Notes under the pieces: generated by a model
Seen by the model: the letters and a program-made list of their open reading frames with translations, nothing else
Database searches by the model: none
What the model was told of the DNA's origin: nothing
Source: Octopus bimaculoides
Lineage: Eukaryota
Length of the DNA stretch: 39,943 nt
Direction: 5' to 3'
NCBI RefSeq assembly: GCF_001194135.2
Contig: NC_068982.1
Coordinates: forward strand, 175,188,036-175,227,978
Program-made: the position numbers and the translations under genes
Shown: positions 35,547 to 39,943 of the stretch, piece after piece
Layout of the letters: each line of letters starts with the position of its first letter
How positions within the stretch are numbered: the first letter of the stretch is position 1

Positions 35547-35825
35547 TGTGTGTGTGTGTGTGTGTGTATGTAAGTATAAAATACTGCGTTTATATACGGG
35601 TGCATATAGAAATATATAAAATAGATATCAATATGTATGTACGCATACACACACACATATTTGTTTCTATAAATGTGTATGCGTAAATATATGTGTGTGT
35701 GTTTGTGCGTCTATGTAGGTGTGTTTATATACGTATGCATGTATGCTTGTATGCACGAATGTGTGCATATGTATGCACACACACATGTATATATATGCGT
35801 ATGTTTATGTTTGTGTGCATATATA

Positions 35826-35874
<49 letters not shown>

Positions 35875-36250
35875 NNNNNNNNNNNNNNNNNNNNNNNNNN
35901 NNNNNNNNNNNNNNNNNNNNNNNNNNNNNNNNNNNNNNNNNNNNNNNNNNNNNNNNNNNNNNNNNNNNNNNNNNNNNNNNNNNNNNNNNNNNNNNNNNNN
36001 NNNNNNNNNNNNNNNNNNNNNNNNNNNNNNNNNNNNNNNNNNNNNNNNNNNNNNNNNNNNNNNNNNNNNNNNNNNNNNNNNNNNNNNNNNNNNNNNNNNN
36101 NNNNNNNNNNNNNNNNNNNNNNNNNNNNNNNNNNNNNNNNNNNNNNNNNNNNNNNNNNNNNNNNNNNNNNNNATATATATATATATATATATATATATAC
36201 GTATATGTGTGTATGCATGTGTGTATAGTGTATATATTGAGAGAGAGAGA
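35035..36250. repeat. Cluster of CATA, TG, AG and TA microsatellites including a gap
   Basis: Directly visible. Confidence 0.9.
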
Positions 36251-36377
36251 GAGATGGACAGTCCATGTCCATGAAGATGAATGGTAGTTGGTTGTTCAAT
36301 CAGACGCGAATGATATAATGTAGAGTTACTCTGCCATGATCTTTGACCCATTGTAATACAGTAGTTATAGTTGATAA

Positions 36378-36537
36378 CCCTTTTTACTAAAGGCACAAGG
36401 CCTGAAATTTCGGAGGAAGGAGAAAGTTGATTAGATCGACCCCAGTGCGTAACTGGTACTCAATTTATCGACCCCGAAAGGATGAAAGGCAAAGTCGACC
36501 TCGGCGTCCTAATGATTTGCCAGCTCGCCGACTTAAT
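36378..36537 (-). mobile_element. SINE family C with an internally deleted head
   Basis: GACCTCGGCG joins via TCCTAATGATTT to GCCAGCTCGCC. 13-bp TSD TTATAGTTGATAA at 36365-36377 and 36538-36550. Confidence 0.85.
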
Positions 36538-36550
36538 TTATAGTTGATAA

Positions 36551-37015
36551 TCTTTTCTACTCTAGGCACAAGGTCCGAAATTTTTGGGGAAGGGGCCAGT
36601 CGATTAGCTCGACCCAGTGCGCATCTGGTACTTAATTTATCGACCCCAAAAGGATGAAAGGCAAAGTCGACCTCGGCGTCCTAATGATTTGNNNNNNNNN
36701 NNNNNNNNNNNNNNNNNNNNNNNNNNNNNNNNNNNNNNNNNNNNNNNNNNNNNNNNNNNNNNNNNNNNNNNNNNNNNNNNNNNNNNNNNNNNNNNNNNNN
36801 NNNNNNNNNNNNNNNNNNNNNNNNNNNNNNNNNNNNNNNNNNNNNNNNNNNNNNNNNNNNNNNNNNNNNNNNNNNNNNNNNNNNNNNNNNNNNNNNNNNN
36901 NNNNNNNNNNNNNNNNNNNNNNNNNNNNNNNNNNNAATTTGAACTCAGAACATAAAGACAGACGAAATACTGCTAAACATTTCGCCCGGAGTGCTAACGT
37001 TTCTGCCAGTTTGCC
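36551..37015 (-). mobile_element. SINE family C interrupted by an assembly gap
   Basis: Tail and core lie before the gap. Head AATTTGAACTCAGAAC..GCTAACGTTTCTGCCAG resumes after the gap. Confidence 0.85.
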
Positions 37016-37160
37016 CGTAGTTCATTATACATCTTCACAATTATTCATGAAAATTATGTTATGTCTGAACATTTGAACATGTAATCTGCAAGTAAGTTTT
37101 TTCTTATATAACAAATGTTATCAATGAAATAGTAGCAAGATGACGTAACTAAATATTACA

Positions 37161-37204
<44 letters not shown>

Positions 37205-37350
37205 CACACACACCACACACACACACATTTGTACAATGGGTTCACCAGGTATTTGTGATAAAAAAAAATGTACGGGTCATAAGTGGAAGACGGTCCAACG
37301 TAAAGTTATTAGGCATGCACCAAATTTTAACTTTCTCATTTCTTTTCCAG

Positions 37351-38208
37351 ACTTATCGACAGCATCAACATAGAAAATTGCAATTTGAAGCAGAAAATGA
37401 AAAGTTAAGCAATTCTAGTAGCTCTAGCCACTAGCACCAGCAACTCAGACATTACGATCTTTTGACTGGTGCCAGGTTTTTCGCGTTCAAAGTCGGGAAA
37501 GAACTGACGGCTTCTGTTGGGCCGTCATCTGTGACGAGGAGAAAGAGACCTTAGCTATCAGTCGGCACAAGGGCGGTCCAGGCCGTTCTATTGGTGATTC
37601 ATCAGCAACAACCCCAGCAGGCCGAGGAGGGTCATCGGAAGCGGGCCAAGTCCACTATCAGATATGTGGTGCGCAACGGTATCAAGTACAAGTCCTTTGT
37701 GATAAAGAGAAGGCAAACGGACGTAAGATCCAATAGAGCAGAGCTTCTCAAACTATCTGATGTGACGTACCGGCTGTGTTTTTTTCCCAATGTGCCAAGC
37801 AGCGATAATATTTCTTAGTAATATACCGGAAACAATATATATACTTTATTTTGTAAACAAATAATACAATATTACATAAGCATTTTATAAGCATTTTATA
37901 ATATTTCTTTCTTTCTTTTCTGGAAACTCGCCACGTACCGGCAGCTGATGGCTCGCGGACCGGCACCAGTCCGTGGACCACCACTTTGGAAGAGAGGACA
38001 AACTTAGCAGTCCATACCTTCCAGCAACGTGTTGGCGTTGCCGACAAGGGTGTGACAGTCACTACTTGATTCTGACATTCTATGTTCCATGGCTTCACTG
38101 GTACGACTTTTTGCGGCTGAGGTTGGTTTTGTTGAGGTAGTACGTATAGAGAGCGATGGACAAAATGTAGCTTGCTTGTGTAGAAAAGCAGAGAACGTTG
38201 TATTGTCA
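37351..38208. other. Non-repetitive GC-rich exon-like block; strand and frame unresolved
   Basis: Two GC-richer segments separated by an AT-rich spacer (37810-37920), with strong splice-like signals on both strands. No recognised homology. Confidence 0.4.
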
Positions 38209-38993
38209 CTAGAAGAGACAGGGAGAGATTTTGCTAAACGAAATAGCAAATTAAAAAAATAAGTTAGTAAAAAACGAAAGCACATTGGATAATATCGTTC
38301 TTGATGCACTATGACTAAAGAAAGAAAAAAAATAGATAGTAAAGCCACTGTTGGAAAGTCATTGATCATAGGAATGCACGAAGTAGTAGCATTGTTTCAG
38401 ACACAGTAATAAATTCTTACATAAGGACCAGACCACAAATGTTAAGGGAGCATATTCTTTCAAACCCAGTCCTTCAATGCTGCTTAATTTTCCGATCCCA
38501 AAATAATGAAATTCAAAGGCGAGCTTGATGATATTTGAACTCAGAATGTAAAGGGACGTAACTTCAAAGAGCAAAATATTTTGTCCGTCGCTCTCTATTA
38601 ATTCTGTCACTCTAAAAATCGTCTGCATGTGAACTGACCGAGCAGCGATGAGTGGACATGAACTGTCAATCCTTTATTGGTTGATAGACGGAAAGGCGGA
38701 CAGTCACTTTATCGAGCTCACCATCTTCGTCCGCTTTTGTTTGTACTCGACCATTATAACACACCATAACACCAGAATCACTATGATCTTGATTACTTTT
38801 GCTTCAACAATGTTTGTGTGCTTGTATGTATGGACACACACACACAAACACACATACACACACACAAACACACACACGTAAGCACATATTTACATATACA
38901 TACTCTCATATACACACAGTATATTCAATATATATACAGTTATATAGTTACACATACACAAACACATATTTATACACACAATACTCACACACG

Positions 38994-39047
<54 letters not shown>

Positions 39048-39609
39048 ATTATGGAGTCGTGTGAATATGCGTGTGCTGAAACAGAAGTTCGATGAAGACT
39101 TCCAAAACAAGACGCCATGTAAATTAAACTACTGAAGGATTGTCTTCTTTTCCATCTTCCGCTTTCCCTTCACCTCATCTCCTGTCTTTAGCGTGGGTTG
39201 ATTGAAAAATGATGGGAACTTGATTATTTCTTTCTCTCATTTCTCCTCGAAAAGAATAAAACAACAAAAGGATTTCTGTTGCTGTTATTGCCATAGGCGT
39301 TATTGTTGTTGGTGGTGATAATAGTCATACCACTTATTAATCTTGTTTTTCTAGTAGTGTTGATATTGTGGCGTTTGTTCGGTAAGGAGATGTTGTTACT
39401 AAGCATTATCAAGTAACCCGTATCAAGCAGATCTATTCCAGCTGTAACCATCTCGCTTTTTTCTTTTTAGATAAAGCGCATCTCAGTCTGCGTTATCCAA
39501 TTTGTTTTATCACGGTTGGGTGTGATTTGCGGAAGTGTTGGCTGCTATTTGTAGCAGAAGAAGCATCTATGTAAGTGCTTCATCGTTGATTTGTTGTGGC
39601 GATGATGTT

Positions 39610-39943
39610 GGCATTTGCAGCACCATATATGACATTTGTAGCACCATATATGGCATTTGTAGCACCATATATGGCATTTGCAGCACCATATATGGCATTT
39701 GTAGCACCATATATGGCATTTGCAGCACCATATACGGCATTTGTAGCACCATATATGGCATTTGCAGCACCATATATGGCATTTGTAGCACCATATATGG
39801 CATTTGCAGCACCATATATGGCATTTGTAGTACCATATATGGCATTTGCAGCACCATATATGGCATTTGTAGCACCATATATGGCATTTGCAGCACCATA
39901 TACGGCATTTGTAGTACCATATATGGCATTTGCAGCACCATAT
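39610..39943. repeat. 21-bp minisatellite GGCATTTG(C/T)AGCACCATATAT with 42-bp higher-order structure, running off the window edge
   Basis: 15 full units plus 1 partial. Strict C/T alternation in units 3-16. Confidence 0.98.

Noticed and set aside
37660-37705. Minus-strand peptide KDLYLIPL resembling the DIDO1/PHF3 SPOC domain
   Set aside because: Similarity does not extend beyond 8 residues and the frame has nearby stops.
131-39095. Dozens of ORFs rich in CVCV, YIYI, HTHT, ERER, LSLS or SIYL, and ORFs containing X runs
   Set aside because: They are translations of microsatellites or N gaps and carry no coding evidence.

Overview
AT-rich, repeat-saturated eukaryotic DNA with six assembly gaps. 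The SINE families and microsatellite load point to an octopus genome (inference from recalled SINE consensus sequences, no search run). I found no intact, recognisable protein-coding gene, and most ORFs in the supplied track are microsatellite or N-gap artefacts. The window is a layered set of transposon fossils: three tRNA-derived SINE families (probably the octopus OK, OR1 and OR2 SINEs) with swapped domains, CR1-like, RTE and REL-endonuclease non-LTR remnants, four Penelope-like (PLE) remnants, mariner, Tc1, hAT and Tigger-like DNA transposons, and MITEs. The most interesting signal is a set of type I hammerhead-ribozyme-like motifs. Three lie in tandem at 9.9-10.5 kb around a 54-bp hairpin whose five mismatches are all G-U wobbles on the same strand. 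Others sit at the outer ends of two separate large inverted-repeat elements (26.9-27.5 kb and 28.5-28.8 kb). There is also an exon-like GC-rich block at 37.35-38.2 kb and a 21/42-bp minisatellite at the right edge whose variation looks codon-constrained. All translations and alignments were done by eye, so element boundaries without TSDs or TIRs are approximate.
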